Positions 62,979-64,000 of a stretch of 64,000 nucleotides of DNA are shown piece by piece. Where the stretch lies: positions 18,231 through 82,230 of the forward strand of contig JAONQW010000004.1 in assembly GCA_028412835.1 (NCBI GenBank). The letters run 5' to 3'. The translations under genes and the position numbers were made by a program. Origin of the DNA: Candidatus Pelagibacterales bacterium (GTDB taxonomy: Bacteria > Pseudomonadota > Alphaproteobacteria > Pelagibacterales > AG-422-B15). Within the stretch, counting starts at the first letter, position 1. The number at the start of each line of letters is the position of its first letter. The notes under the pieces were generated by a model. It did not search any database, was not told the origin of the DNA, and saw only the letters and a program-made list of their open reading frames with translations.

Positions 62979-63945
62979 AAAAAAAATTGTCTCAATAATC
63001 GGTACTGGTGTAATTGGCGCTGGATGGGCAGCTCGTTTTATTGCAAGTGGACATCACGTAAAAGCTTATGATCCAAGCCCACGATCTCTTATAAAACTAA
63101 AGACTGATGTTAAAAAGGCTTTAATTAGTCTTAGTAAGATAGGTTTACATAAAAATGCGTCTATAAAGAATTTAACTTATCATAATAATCTAAAGGATGC
63201 CCTAAAAGATACATCTTTTGTTCAAGAAAATGCTCCTGAAAAAGAAAAATTGAAAACTTCGTTATTAAAAGAAATTGATCAGCTCTTAGATAAAAAAATA
63301 CTAATTGCTTCAAGTTCTTCTGGATTACTTCCGACAAAAATACAGTCAAAATGTAAATTTCCAAACCGTGTCCTAATTGGGCATCCCTTTAATCCTGTTT
63401 ACTTACTCCCTTTGGTTGAAATAGTTAAGGGTAAAAAAACTTCTCAACAATCAGCTTTAAAATTAAAAAAGATATATGAAAGTATTGGAATGAAGCCTCT
63501 AATGGTTAGAAAAGAAATAGAAGGATATATATCTGATAGACTGCAAGAGGCTTTATGGAGAGAGTCACTTCATCTAATTAAAGATGGAATAGCCTCAACT
63601 GAAGAAATTGACGATGCTATTGTCTATGGCCCAGGATTAAGATGGGCTTTTATGGGCGTATGTCTTACTTTTCATCTTGCAGGTGGAGAAGAAGGAATGA
63701 AGCACATGCTTGAACAATTTGGACCTGCATTAAAATTACCATGGACTAAGTTGAAAGCACCAGAATTAAACAAAAAATTAAAAGGCCGTATGATTTCTGG
63801 TACAAAAAAACAAGCTGGCAAGTTCAGTATTAATGATCTTGAAAAACAAAGAGATCTTTTTCTTATTGAAATAATGAAAACTTTGAATAATAATCATAAA
63901 AATATGTTCCCTAATTGGGGTAAAAAATACAATAGTTTTAAATAA
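62968..63945 (+). CDS. L-carnitine 3-dehydrogenase (3-hydroxyacyl-CoA dehydrogenase family)
   Basis: [58 protein letters not shown]. Confidence 0.88.
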   Translation: MMAKKKIVSIIGTGVIGAGWAARFIASGHHVKAYDPSPRSLIKLKTDVKKALISLSKIGLHKNASIKNLTYHNNLKDALKDTSFVQENAPEKEKLKTSLLKEIDQLLDKKILIASSSSGLLPTKIQSKCKFPNRVLIGHPFNPVYLLPLVEIVKGKKTSQQSALKLKKIYESIGMKPLMVRKEIEGYISDRLQEALWRESLHLIKDGIASTEEIDDAIVYGPGLRWAFMGVCLTFHLAGGEEGMKHMLEQFGPALKLPWTKLKAPELNKKLKGRMISGTKKQAGKFSINDLEKQRDLFLIEIMKTLNNNHKNMFPNWGKKYNSFK

Positions 63946-64000
63946 TGACTAATAAATTATCAATCTTAGAGGCTAAAAAAGAAAATCGTGATTTCATAGT
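63945..64000 (+). CDS. Start of next operon gene (truncated by window end), product unknown
   Basis: TAATG stop/start overlap, open frame [18 protein letters not shown] to the window end. Confidence 0.55.
   Translation, partial: MTNKLSILEAKKENRDFI

Overview
A very AT-rich, tightly packed chromosomal segment of a streamlined alphaproteobacterium, probably marine (ccrM, split F0 atp operon, aa3 cox operon, betaine/carnitine/DMSP genes); the exact lineage cannot be fixed from this window. Bases 1-39.6 kb are mostly core genes: ETF-QO, udg-rnhB-ccrM, mutY, a short SMC without a recognisable hinge, atpIBEF'F, thrB-rnhA, cox-surf1-thrC-rimJ, tldD, gshA, ubiA-pmbA, lipid A genes, xseA, purD. Bases 39.6-42.8 kb are an accessory hotspot around a tRNA-Arg(UCG) gene. 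It holds (i) a 1.37-kb integrase-less element bounded by a 50-bp duplication of the tRNA 3' part, with paired CCACACTCCT repeats inside each end and a single Zn-ribbon site-2 protease as cargo, and (ii) two tandem tiny lipoprotein genes (26 and 38 aa) sharing a C-terminal [IV]P[LY][VI]PGI motif just upstream of a FabH gene. Bases 43.9-64 kb are a quaternary-amine/osmolyte catabolic region: butyrobetaine-dioxygenase-like enzyme plus HD protein, acetoacetyl-CoA synthetase, betaine-type ABC transporter, Fe-ADH/ALDH/amidase operon, dddQ-like cupin with an enolase-superfamily gene and matB, BKACE and carnitine dehydrogenase. All product calls come from motif recognition by eye, with no database search.
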